From: Priapulus caudatus
Taxonomy: Eukaryota
NCBI RefSeq assembly: GCF_000485595.1
Contig: NW_014577074.1
Span: 155,319-212,490 of the forward strand
Direction: 5' to 3'
DNA length: 57,172 bases
Below, piece by piece: positions 1-11,700 of this stretch. Numbering within the stretch: the stretch's first letter is position 1; each line of letters starts with the position of its first letter. A program made the translations under genes and the position numbers. Below the pieces are notes generated by a model. The model saw only the letters and a program-made list of their open reading frames with translations. It had not been told where the DNA came from and searched no databases.

Positions 1-211
1 GCCTCTGCGCGCAAACGCTAGCTCGCGCTCGCTCGCGCAGTGCCGTTCAGAAGGCGAGCGCCAGCGAGCGCTAGCGAGCGTTCGGTCTCCTGAACACGCC
101 TCAGCTTTTCAAACCTGCGCGCAAACGCTCGCTCGCGCTCGCTCGCGCAGTGCCGTTCAGAAGGCGAGCGCCAGCGAGCGCGAGCGAGCGTTCGGTCTCC
201 TGAACACGCCT
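1..211. repeat. Two tandem ~110-bp GC-rich palindromic units
   Basis: Units 1-101 and 112-211; perfect 20-bp IR at 124-143 / 173-192 built from GCTC/GAGC. Confidence 0.85.
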
Positions 212-714
212 CTCGCTTCGCTGATTGCATCAGCGTGACGTCAGTGAGCGATCGAAGCGCCTGTTTGCAATGTGGTTGGACGCAGCAGTAGGACGCAAAC
301 GCATGGAGCTGAAAGGTATGTCGATGATTTGTGTTTATTATATAACTCCCCGGTGTAGTTCTCATTTCATGTTTTGGTTTGATTGTGAAATCTAGAGATA
401 ATAGATGTTTCATGAACACGGCGTGTATGAGAAGTAGAACGGTATTATTAGTTGTGAGTACCTACTGAAATGGCTTATTTTCAGAATTTCGAAATGTCCG
501 GAAAAGTTGAAACCGGCCTTTCCTGTCTCCAGTGGCGGGTGGTATTGTGTAATCAGTAATCACTGTAATGTAAGACTCGCCCTGCAGGTTCTCTGTTTAC
601 TATCAATGAATAGTATCAAATGTCTGTAGTGTGCGCATTTCCAGAATAATGCGGGAATGCAGACTGTGACTGAGGGTGCGCCTCGCTTTATTCTTATACT
701 AAGTAGTAAGTTAT

Positions 715-1425
715 GCTGATAGGGTCTATGTCCCCCAGGGTACTGCCGGAACGTACCCTGGGTACGGTCCGGTATACCGGAACGTACCCTGGTACTAAAT
801 ACTACTATCCAGAGGTCCCAAGTTGAGAAAGTCCAAGAAAGGGAGCCAGCAATCCAAGAAAGGGAGCCAGCATTGGCCCAGCAATCCAAGAAAGGGAGCC
901 AGGTCCATCGCCGTTTTTTCACAGTGCGCAAAAACAGGAAAAAAGTTGTGGTGGGCTGCGATATGTGTTTGTCGCGGCACACCACCATACAAGTATACAT
1001 GTAAAATCATCGTTTTATCTCCTTTTATTGTTCGCTGGAATCAAAGTACATCAACAACAACGGCAAATTTAGTAATTTACTGATTTACTGATGTAAATTT
1101 TCATATGGCTGAAAAATGTTACGACCGGGAGCTTCTGACCTCATTCCGGCGCACCGGGAGCAGCGTGTCACACCGGGAGCGGTGAGACCGGGAGACTTGG
1201 GACGTCTGACTATCTAATATGCCGGACCGTACCTCGCCTACTCCACTAACGAGTCTAGGGAGTCACCTACGCCTACTCCCTAACCCTAACCCTAACTCTA
1301 ACCCTAACCCTAACCCTAACCATACATCCCTAACCATATCAGCTAGATAGTTACCAGGGTACGTTCCGGTATACCGGACCGTACCCAGGGTACGTTCCGG
1401 CAGTACCCTGGGGGACATAGACCCT
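715..1425. mobile_element. TTAGGG-containing foldback MITE (Mutator-like) with a nested insertion
   Basis: TIR agggtctatgtcccccagggtact...; (CCCTAA)n at about 1278-1336; same family at 22499 and 52010; degenerate TSD gtaagttat/gaagttat. Confidence 0.8.
810..1208. mobile_element. hAT-like MITE with 6-bp TSD
   Basis: TIR cagaggtcccaagt / acttgggacgtctg; actatc on both sides; subterminal repeats ccaagaaagggagcc x3 and accgggag x4; absent from other copies of the host MITE. Confidence 0.8.
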
Positions 1426-2273
1426 GAAGTTATAGCATTGTGTCTTACACGAATGATACGATTAAGAATATCCTCGCTGTACACGAGTTTGTACTAATGG
1501 TATGCGTAATTTACTTACTAATTAGGCTCGTTACTTTGGATTCATTAATGTACTTTTAGGATTAAGACAGTAAGGGTTAAGGTAAAGTTACGGTTAGGGT
1601 GCTGATGATTTACGTACATGGGGTCGTAAATTATGACCGAGCTGTGGGATGGATACACCTCACGGTCCTCACCTGTCTCATGCAAATGGTGATATAAGCT
1701 TTTCTCAAAGTGTAAGTTACATTACTTGTTACAATTAAAATACTCGTACTAATTAAAAATAAATGACGATTACATTTTACCACAGGCCTCTTACTTTGTA
1801 ACATACAAAACACAGGGCTGCCAACATTGAGTTGAGACTAAGAGTCTTGAGTGAGATTATGCGAGGGAGCAGAGCAGGGGAAGGGTGTGGGAGCGCCCCC
1901 CCCCCCCACGCACACACACACCAGGGAGCTTTTGCATTTTTCAGCTTGAAATTGTTCATATTGGTGCATGCTAATATTCATTAGTGCATGACGTGATAAA
2001 TCGTTGAAATCTCATTGGATAACGCAGCAGGCACTATGAAGCGATAGTGCCCGCCTGAGCGGGCACTATTGCTTGCGCGACGCATTGTTATTATAACGCA
2101 TTGTGTTTAAGTCACGAATCTCCTGCGTCTGGGCGCCACGCAAGATTTTCGAACGGCGGTTGTGTTTGTGTCGAACGTTTTGTTACATCGAATGCACCGG
2201 CAAATTAGGGAGTATAATGAAGGTATATAAGCATGAAAAGTAGATTGCATAGTCATGTGATGCACTAAAAACA

Positions 2274-2412
2274 TTAATGCCTGTTGTTGGAGCACTATGG
2301 CTCTCATAGTGTTGCTTTGGAGAAGGAATAGTGGCCCTCGGCTACCGCTCGGCACTATTCCTTCCCTCAGCAACACTATGAGAGCATAGTGCCCCCAACA
2401 GCAGGCATTAAT
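2274..2412. repeat. ~140-bp palindromic (hairpin) element
   Basis: Arms attaatgcctgttgttgg...catagtgttgct and its reverse complement; inner stem gaaggaatagtg / cactattccttc. Confidence 0.8.
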
Positions 2413-2420
2413 ATATAAAT

Positions 2421-3006
2421 AATATTCAATCTTTACCTTGTTTTCGTCTATGATTCTCCCTTAATCATATGACACCACCAATTTACCTGAAAATCGTATG
2501 TGGTTCTTCAAAAAAAGTTCTTTGAATACGACACGGTTTCACACCAGTTTTCAACACTTTTGCATCTCCGCGGCCAAACTTGATATAGCGCGGCCGGCAG
2601 CACCAGGTTGTAACTACGGGACGCTGGGGCTGTTGTGGATATTAGGTAAGCACAGTAACAGCACTTGTTTCGCTTCTTTATCATCAGGAACAAGATGGCA
2701 ACAGCTAAAATCAGCTGCTAGCTCGCCGTGAGCACACATTTATTTTTAGCACGCTGGAAACGCTACATGCTGAATACAATTCGATGCCTAATAATCCCCA
2801 ACAGCCCCCAGCGTTCCGTCATAGACAATAGAACACTAATCCCATAATAAACTATGGCCGAACAGATGGGACCATTTGTGAAAACTGTGTGAACCCGTGT
2901 CGTATTCAAAGAACTTTTTTGAAGAACACATACGATTTTCAGGTAAATTGGTGGTGTCATATGATTAAGGGAGAATCATAGACGAAAACAAGGTAAAGTT
3001 TGAATA
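2421..3006. mobile_element. Foldback MITE with ~130-bp TIRs
   Basis: 2421-2552 is a near-perfect reverse complement of 2878-3006; a further inner IR cgctggggctgttg / caacagcccccagcg. Confidence 0.8.
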
Positions 3007-3576
3007 TGTTTATTTTATTCACATATTGATAGAATATTTACAAGTTGAAAACTATGCAAATCGCTGTTAAAACGGTGTCATACTCTTCTCTGATATAGGT
3101 ACATATATAATTATAAATACTTATAATACTTATAATTGTATTTATATGACCTCTACTGTTTGGTCCTTATTCCAAGCAGGATCTAGTGATGTGTTGTTTT
3201 GAGCCATCCATACATATCAAGAGTACATAATAGAGAAGAGTATGACACTGTTTTAACAGCGTATGTATGAAAATGACATGTTTTGATTCTTGCATGGCAT
3301 ATGACATCCTAAAGTAGCTATACACCAGTAATTGCAGTTTTGTGTTAATATGAGTTCTTATTTTTAGCTCATCTGACGTAGTCAGATGCAGCTTGTAGAA
3401 TCGCATGATCTCCGTGCGTGCGTGCGTGCTCAACAGTTGGGCACAAATCTTAACCGCTCGACGTACGGTCACGATATTCGGGACGTGGGGGGTAATCCGA
3501 AAACGAGTTTGGAATGTCGAAGCTGGGGGTCAAAGTCAAGAGGTGTAAAAGAGGGAACATTCCCTCCTTAACTTAA

Positions 3577-4185
3577 AGGGAGAGTTTACTCTAGGTTCTA
3601 GGGTTATTTTCAGCTAATTTAGGTTATAATACGCTACATAAAAAGTTTCATGGTTTAATCACCATTAATTAGAAATATTTTTTTTAATGTTTTAAAACTA
3701 ACGACTACAGTTTGATTACAACGACGGTGGCGCCACTCAACAGCGCACGATCTGATAAGTTGCGCAAAAGCCACTTTCCAGCCAAGGGCTACAGACGCGA
3801 GGGTGTTTCCTTATTTATTAATGTAAAAGCAAAAAGGAGTTGTAATATCTTATAAACGACATATAGTTTCACCTTATAATATGGAATAAATTTGCCCCTA
3901 AAATGAATATCGTTCGGTTAAAATAGCATTTAGGTATAAATATAATTGCACTTTTGTGATTAGCCCCGGTCTGTAACGTGCAAAATAAATTGTCAAAATA
4001 CGCAACTTTTTCGGGTGGCAGCACGGTCCGCGGGTGTCATGGCGCCGTTCAAATTCTTAGCGTTGATGTGTAATTAATTATAACAATTAAATTAGGTATC
4101 TGATAACAAATACGTGTGGGTATAAACGATTTGTTATACAGTAAGTACAGTTGTATGCAGTAATATCCTAGAGGCTACTGTCCCT
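3577..4185. mobile_element. Kolobok-like TTAA MITE nested in the Helentron-like element
   Basis: TTAA|agggagagt...actgtccct|TTAA; empty site cttaacttaaggta seen in the paralogous host copy near 46741-46754. Confidence 0.85.
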
Positions 4186-4416
4186 TTAAGGTATAGGGAG
4201 GAAATGCAGAATTGCGGCACAAATCTAAACGGCTCGACCTAGGCTCGTGATAGTCGGTGTATAGCATCATGGTAGGAAAAGGCCATCACTGTGCCGAAAT
4301 TGGAGTCAAAGGTCAATGGGCACAGGGCAGATTTTAGACATTTTCTGAGGACATGGTCTGACGGAGCGATTGGAAAACTTTTTTGTTTCAGTGGTGACCT
4401 ACCATTTTTATGGACT

Positions 4417-4752
4417 TCCTAGACTTCCGAACTGTTGTTATGCAGGTGTGAGGAATGGTCTCTTGTCTGTTGACAAGAATGCCACCTGTTGGCGGCAGGA
4501 GTAAGATAATATAGGATATTATATAATATAGGATAATATAGTATATGTGTGTATATATATAGTGTGTATATATGTGTGTATATATAATATACGTGTATAT
4601 ATAGGATAATATATTATAGTGTGTATGATATAATATAGGATATAATATAGGATCCTATATTTATCTTACTCCTGCTGCCACAGGTGCATTCTTGTCAACA
4701 GACAAGAAGACCATTCCTCACACTGCATAACAACAGTTTGGAAGTCTAGGAA
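4417..4752. repeat. Long inverted repeat (~100-bp arms) around an AT-rich loop
   Basis: ttcctagacttccgaactgttgttatgc... mirrored by ...gcataacaacagtttggaagtctaggaa; core has caggagtaagataatatag termini. Confidence 0.8.
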
Positions 4753-5022
4753 AGCTGAACGCACCAGCCTAGTCAAACGCTATGAACCATGTGTGACGTT
4801 CAAAGCTATATCTCCATAAAAAGAAGAGGTATGGAAACAAAGTAAAGTTTGAGTGTGCGGTGGATGTCCAATGCTAATTTAGATGTAATTTTTTATCGAG
4901 TTGCACGTAAATATATTACATCGGTAAAATGAGGCAAGCAAATGTTTGAATTTCTCCGTGTTTTGGAGTGTCATACTCCTTCTATATTATCTTACTCCTG
5001 ATAGTATCACAGCATGGGCTGA

Positions 5023-5108
5023 ACGTAGACTGGTACTCGCTCCCCACCTCGATTACTCGCCCCATCGAGTAACTAAGCCGAGAGGTGGGACCGGGTACCA
5101 GTCTACGT
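5023..5108. repeat. Short hairpin MITE
   Basis: acgtagactggtac ... gtaccagtctacgt terminal IR plus cccacctc / gaggtggg. Confidence 0.7.
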
Positions 5109-5620
5109 AATACGATGCAGTATGCATGCCATCAATTTGATCTATCGAACAGAGTGAGAAGAATGTCCCGGCAGGATAGGTCAAATGTATACATTGCGCT
5201 CAAAAGTGCAGAAAGAATTACTTTCTTACTTCAGTTTAATCAATCTTGAGATAAGTAATTGCAGAATTGAATCGTCAAACCTACCAATGGAAATTTGCCA
5301 GTTTTGTACTGTCCTGGCATGGCTCTCTCCATCAAACATTACAGTAGTGTGCAATGTCGGGATATGGTGGAGCATGCTGGCTTACAGAGCCAGATGGTTG
5401 ACTGTCAGTCGAAATGTGTTGATTCCTCCCCGACATTGAAGAAATCTGTACGTTATACGTGCGTCTACCCTGCCCGCCATCTTCGTCGAAAGTTTGGACG
5501 CCGCGCGGCGAAATCAGAATGTACATTTCAATCGATGACGTAACTGATACAGTAGCGCGCCGCGTGGGTGTTATTTGTTTATAAACAATTTAGTCTGACT
5601 GACTCTCTCCCTCTCGCTCA

Positions 5621-5655
<35 letters not shown>

Positions 5656-5875
5656 CCCCCTCTCTTCACTTCCTCTCTCTCGCTCTCTCTCTCTGGCAAT
5701 AAGAAAAATGTTTTGCTGAAATTATGTGTACGCAATAGCGTATCTGCATATCTGCGCCTAACAAAGGTGTCACTACGCACGACTGAAATGTTACGTTTAT
5801 AACCGTAGCAACAGACCTCAGATGAGCCCAGTTGCTCTGCGGCACTTGTTACTTTTTAAGTTTATCAAATTATAT

Positions 5876-5961
5876 CAGGAGTGTATAATGACAAACTGCC
5901 AAACAAAAATATTGTCTACTGTACAAACAAAACTGTACAAAATTGTCATTATACACTCCTG
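5876..5961. mobile_element. P-element-like micro-MITE
   Basis: TIR caggagtgtataatgacaa; 7-bp TSD attatat. Confidence 0.8.
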
Positions 5962-5996
5962 ATTATATGTATTAAATTAACTGAACATTTCCATAA

Positions 5997-6258
5997 GGCC
6001 AAAACAAAATATAGGTGTGGTTACCGTTTCATGCCGAAAAAAAATAGGGTAGGTAGGTAGGGAAAAACATTTATTTACGAACGCATGTCCGAAGGATGTG
6101 CGTTGTGCCTTTTGAAGCAGGAACTGTCCAATTCATTTTTTTTTTTTTATTTTTTTAAATTTTTTTTTAAAGAAAATTGACAATAAAATGTTTAGGGTAG
6201 CTGGGAATAAATAGGGTCGGTCGGGAAACGGTAACCACACCTATATTTTGTTTTGGCC
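5997..6258. mobile_element. PIF/Harbinger (Tourist-like) MITE
   Basis: ~34-bp TIR ggccaaaacaaaatataggtgtggttaccgtttc; TAA TSD. Confidence 0.85.
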
Positions 6259-7004
6259 TAATACTGTGTTCGAAACTCACTTACATAAAACTGTTCTCAC
6301 TGGCAAGTAAAGACGAGATCTAGAACCGTTCAACGAATTGAAATGCTCTAGAGTATACTTCGGTTTTTTATCTGCTTGTTTCTGTTTGCGTGAGAATTAT
6401 CAGACCCGGAGTGAGAGCGTGAGATTAGCCTCAATTATGTGAGTATCACGCCGAATGCGTGAGAGTTGGCAGCCCTGAAAACAGCACCAGTCAGTGAGGG
6501 GTGCTATAGTATTTTACTTTGATGATAGCAGGAGATGATAGTAAGGAATTTGTAGTGGAATACACTGCAAAATTGTCAATTAATTTGGACAAAATGAATT
6601 TGGGCTAATATCGCTTGTAAATCTCACTGCAGGAGTTGATAAGATTTTAACTATTTCTCCTAGAAAATAATTTAGGCAGTGGTATATCATGTGTGCTATT
6701 GAAGGAGGCAGTTCTCAGTATAGCACGCCGTTTAATCCGAGATCAAATGACCTTGACATGCTAAGGGTGAGATCTATACCATGTACCGATTGCAGAGCAT
6801 TGCAGTCCCTCAGGTGGTATCTATCTAAAAGTAAACATTTGTATTAACAGTGAATCATTTATCAGTAGTGAGTTCTCCTAGTACATTCTGTGAAACAAGA
6901 ATGCCAATGGGTTCATTTCCACGACGGAGTCTTGAGGGCAAAGTACGACCTTCTATTCCTAACAGCTGCCATATCGAAGTCTCTCTGCCCCCTCTACCTC
7001 TATC

Positions 7005-7018
7005 ATCTCTTTCTCTCT

Positions 7019-7086
<68 letters not shown>

Positions 7087-7150
7087 CTCTCCCTCTACAG
7101 TCCATCTTCCTCTTCTCTCCTCTCTTTCTCTCTCTCTCTCTTATCTCTCT
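7005..7150. repeat. (CT)n microsatellite (others at about 5605-5695 and in the duplicates)
   Basis: Seen directly. Confidence 0.95.
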
Positions 7151-7336
7151 CGATTACCTAGGTTCCTCCAAGAAAGTTATTCGGCCACTACAGCAGATTT
7201 AGTAGTGTGTATAATTAAGTCTCTTATTTGTCAGCAAATAAATGTCTACTGATATCACATTCAAATCGAACGAGTTGGGAGAGCCAAGATGTGAAAATAA
7301 TAACCAGGCATTGCGGATAGCTAGATAACTCGGAAC

Positions 7337-9094
7337 CAGTGTTTGCCACTGAGCAGAAAAAGCTGTAGGCCTGCAAGGCCTATAACTCCTAAAAGCTGCA
7401 GGCCCGCCAGCAAAGCTGGAGGCCCGCCAATTTTTGGAGCAAATTACAGTAATAAAACAGCCATATCATGTTCTTCCTTGTGTTTATTAGTCATTATCAA
7501 ATGTCAATAATCATAATCCTTCTGTTTTTCTTTTCCTCTCGTCGGGTGACTGTTTATGCTTCTTTGCCGGGGCTCACGAATTAAGGAAACGCCACATCGT
7601 TGTGTATATGTAGCTCCTTGGTAAACTACGACTCTCCACTTTGACAGCAGAGAGACAGACTGGTAGTCTGGTACCCATTGGGGACTTCTATGGGGGTCTG
7701 GTCTAAGATGCAATCTAGAGCCATTTCAGGGTACTCCAATAGCTTACAACTAGCAACATTTTTTGGTGGGAAAGGGAAAAATTATGTAAAATTTACCTAA
7801 GTACTGTAAAATTTTGATGGGCACTGGGGAATTCCGTCTGTGTTGAGTGTGTTCAAAGTAAATGTATTTTGTAGACATACAAGCTCTTACGTAGGGAAGC
7901 TTTTTTAGCTACCACCCTGTATAAAATGTATATAGTTTTTTTAAAACGTTAAAAACAATATGACACACGGTTAAACCTGAGTGGTGCGGACCGGGGCTGT
8001 ACTGCTGTTTGCATGACTAGTAAAGTATATACGACGTGCTTTTGCAGGCTACAGTGACTTATGACATGTGTGTTAAAACTTGAGACAATTATTATTATTT
8101 ACTGTATAATTCAACATGAATTTACCTAAATCTTCTTAATATTATTTTAAAACAGTATAACTGATCGTTTGTTGACTACCAGTGATACTTTATTGTTTAC
8201 ATCCAAACGTGAAATGCGCGGGATGTGCTAATTACTACACAGCCTAGCGCACGTGAACAGTGAGTGGGTAATGCTATCCCACGGGCGTGGAGGGAGGTGA
8301 CCGCAATGTGGCAGCACTAGTGTTGGGATAGTGTTTAGGATTAGGGTTAGGGTCAGGGTTAGGTTAGGATTAGGGTTAGGGTTAGGGTTAGGATTAGGGT
8401 TAGGGTTAGGGTTTTTGGCATCATGATATCTGTCCCTACACCATAGATTAATTTTTGTGGATCACAATGCCTATATATAGCGCGGCGACAACATATATAC
8501 TTAGTGTGAGTGTTAGTGTTGGCGGTGTTGGAGTGAGTGTTACCGTTAGGGTTAACTTTTTGAACGTCATCGTCAACGTTATCACGTGACCTCCCTCCAC
8601 GCCCGTGGGATAGCAACACCCGTGAACAGTGAGCGTGCTGCACGACCCGCGCACGTAAATAAACCCTGGCCAACACAATGTAAGCCGTTGCAACCCTCGG
8701 CCAAAAGTAAGATCCACCCACTTCTTATCGATTTTTGGTATGCCAACGCTGCTTCTGGATTCAGGAACCTGTGCTAACCTGTGTGTCCGAACATGCCACG
8801 CACGTTTCTTGAATGCCAACTAAAGTTGATTGCAGTGGGCAGTCAATAATATGCAGTGGGCGAACGCATTGTTTACGTGTATGTCACGGTTTATCACGGA
8901 TTAGTTTTCAAATAAATACCCCTTGAAGTTAATATGCATGAACAGATTTCTACAGGTAACAGTTTCCCAGTGTTTCGAGTTTTCGGTGATTAAATAGCTG
9001 TAGGATCAGCGGGCCTGTTGTATCAAGAAGCTGTAGGCCCGGCATCGAAACTGCCGGCGGCGGGCCGACGGGCCGACGTGAATTTCGAACACTG
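7337..9094. mobile_element. Non-autonomous hAT element
   Basis: cagtgtt...aacactg termini; perfect 8-bp TSD ctcggaac; subterminal gctgtaggcc repeats at both ends. Confidence 0.8.
8266..8621. mobile_element. TIR element carrying (TTAGGG)n, nested in the hAT element
   Basis: 26-bp perfect IR gctatcccacgggcgtggagggaggt (8273-8298 / 8589-8614); TTAGGG array at about 8335-8412; flanking direct repeat gtgaacagtgagt/c. Confidence 0.75.
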
Positions 9095-9544
9095 CTCGGA
9101 ACACTAGATATTCAGAACATGAAGAAGAAATACGCCTATTTTGCATGTGTGGAGGGAATGAAACATGCATACATGTACAAACCATTACTGAATATCGATA
9201 CAACAAATTCTACATTTAGCTCTTATGTTTCAAACGAACGCTGTCTGGTCTTTCTGGAGAGAAACCTTGGTATAGTACTAGCATTATTGGTATTTCATGA
9301 AGCATGGTTATAAATAGTTCTTGCACATCTTGCAGCACCCAGTGTCCTAACTGTGTAATTTTATACTGATTATGCTGATAAAAGCTTTATAGCAATGTCC
9401 AAGTCTATCTATGTTGTTGTTAGATTTAGTAGCAAAGTGACGCAGTACAATGTGGGTGGATGCAGTGATGTAAGAGATAGAGCAGGTTATTCAAAATCGG
9501 CAATCTTTATTCATTGCTGTAAGAATTTTGAAGAAATCTATTTT

Positions 9545-10012
9545 TTATTAGGACTGGCAACAGCACTTTTTTACCAGCTCTCACCATAATTTACCAGATG
9601 TCACAATTTTTTTCCAAAAATAAGAATGTTTCACTGACTCTTGCTTGTCAGAAAAATGTTGTACATAGTGTGTGGTAGCTGTATCATCGCGTAGTAGCTA
9701 AGCTGTTGAACATTGACATTGACTATAATGCAGATCGTGAATGATGTCCGAAGTGTTTTTGTCAATGTCATGTTTCACGCTTGCATTCTCAATTTCAAAT
9801 TTGTAAAATGATGATAAATAATGGCGTGATATCCTTCAGGTAAAACAGTATTGTAGGCTATTTGCTCATTAATGCTATAAATAAACATGTAGGTACTCGC
9901 TAACATGGCTGAAACCACCGGCTCGGAGGGCCGGTGTTTTGCCAATGTTACTCTCCCTCCAAATAATTTGCGGGCATATATGCCGGTGGGCCGGTGCTAA
10001 TTTTGCGCCCTG
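9545..10012. mobile_element. Interspersed hAT-like MITE fragment (paralogue of 42263-42705)
   Basis: Colinear similarity to 42285-42705, ending gggccggtgctaattttgcgccctg. Confidence 0.7.
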
Positions 10013-11700
10013 CTTGGTGAGTATAGCTGCGTTGCTGCCAGAGACACGAGCTTTCTGACAGTAAGTCATAATTTGCCAGTGTTGCTGAAAGGCTCTGATT
10101 GAAACTTAACTTTGCATTGCTGGGCTTATTCACTGTGTATCTCACTATCTGACTCAATAGTGTTTCAAGCTGAGCGTAAATAATCATGTTTGCTGGTCCA
10201 CAGCTCCTTTGGTTAGATCCACTCTAAAAATCTCGTTTCCCCTATTCTGTCTGCTGTTGCCTGCAGCAAAAGGTCACATCTTGTAAAGCCAAATAGTTAG
10301 CAAGTTACAGTAATGTCAGGTATTTAATGTACAATATATATATATATATATGTATTTTTCCAATTTTTAATTTGGCACATTATCTTAAGCTGAACTCTTC
10401 AAAAGCAATGATTTCTTGCCCATTCCCAATGATTGTAAGGAAAGCGAACATTTTTAAAGCATTTGGCATAATGGAAAAATCGTTGCTGACAGTAACTGTT
10501 GGTGAACATTGTCCACCTACTATATAGTGAATGGCATGGTCGATGACTCAAGACAATTTTGTGATTTGGTTCCCCTCCCAGGCATCTGTCAGTGAGACTG
10601 TCACCCCTATGCACACTAGTTATTTGTGCTTTTGGTAGTGTTCTGCTAGCAGCCAAAGCTCAAGTGATACGATGGCGAAACATTGCCAAATGGGTCAGTG
10701 TTAGCTTGTTAAGTTGGGTTTACCTGTACCGAAAAAAGTCGTTAGTTGTGAAAACAATTAATTTATTGCCTAAATTGCTGCAAAATACCATTGATTTATT
10801 TTTCGTTAGTCCTTATATCTGATCTTTCAGACATAGTAGGTGGCACCAATAGTTTTATATAGATGCAGGGTTCTAGCTGCCGTTTGCCGAATCGCCAAAA
10901 TGTAAATTACGCTTATGAGAAGTGAATTTTTTCTAGCCCAAATTTGCTAAATAACGAGTCGTATTTTGTTTGGTAACTATAGCACGAACTTGCATGGATA
11001 ACCGCTTCTAAGTTCAGAATATAGTTTTAGTGGTGTTTCGTTTTGGAAATGCAATGTTCAAGCAAATAATCTGTAAATAACTTGCAAGATTGCCTATTTA
11101 TTGACACTCTGAGACATGATAATATATACGCTATGAGGCAAGTATACGCGCGTACGCGTACAACGACGCCCCAAGTATCGCATCAGTGGCGATTAGCTTT
11201 TGTCAACACTCGGCTATGCGCATGAACTAGAATGCAGGTGGGCAGCAACAAGAGTACATGTCCAAGTCTGGGAAACGCCAAAACGTAGAGAATAGAGATT
11301 GCCAAGACAGTCTATGAAGCTAATTAAGATAAGAAGATAAAGCTAAAAAAGAGAAAGAAGATAGGAAGATATGAAGTTAAATAATTAATAGAGATTATTT
11401 TCCTAGATTTCTTCCATACAAAACACTGCATGTGCTATATATACATGTGATGTGTATGCAGTCTGCGGCATGTTTTTTTGCCAGCTCAAAGCAGCTTGTG
11501 AGCTTTTTTGTATAACTTTAGCAAAGCATGAACTCTATTCAATAGCATATACCAATGATATATATGTTTTTTGTGTGCAACATATTGTTGATGTTATAGA
11601 ATTCATGTGAACTTTCTAAATAAATATAATTCTGCCACAGGAAATCAATATTCTGACGTATCTACGCTCTTGTGTATTACGACAGGCATTTACAATAATT

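Larger units (their letters stand above)
3361..5850 (+). mobile_element. Non-autonomous Helentron/DINE-1-like element with nested insertions
   Basis: 5' tttttagctcatctga; short (CGTG) microsatellite; 3' subterminal IR tcagatgagc plus hairpin ending cttgtt; homologous to 31511-32416 (-) and 45554-47606. Confidence 0.7.
1813..6477. mobile_element. hAT-like non-autonomous element swollen by nested insertions
   Basis: 13-bp perfect TIR cagggctgccaac / gttggcagccctg; aaaaca direct repeat on both sides. Confidence 0.7.

Noticed and set aside
7613..7706. Exon-like frame LLGKLRLSTLTAERQTG...
   Set aside because: Lies inside the hAT element 7337-9094; no homology recognised
8335..8412. TTAGGG arrays as a true telomere or chromosome fusion site
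   Set aside because: Short, degenerate and consistently embedded in TIR elements
10582..10692. Exon-like hydrophobic frame (RLSPLCTLVICAFGSVLLAAKAQ...)
   Set aside because: Splice-like flanks are present, but there is no recognisable homology or convincing partner exon
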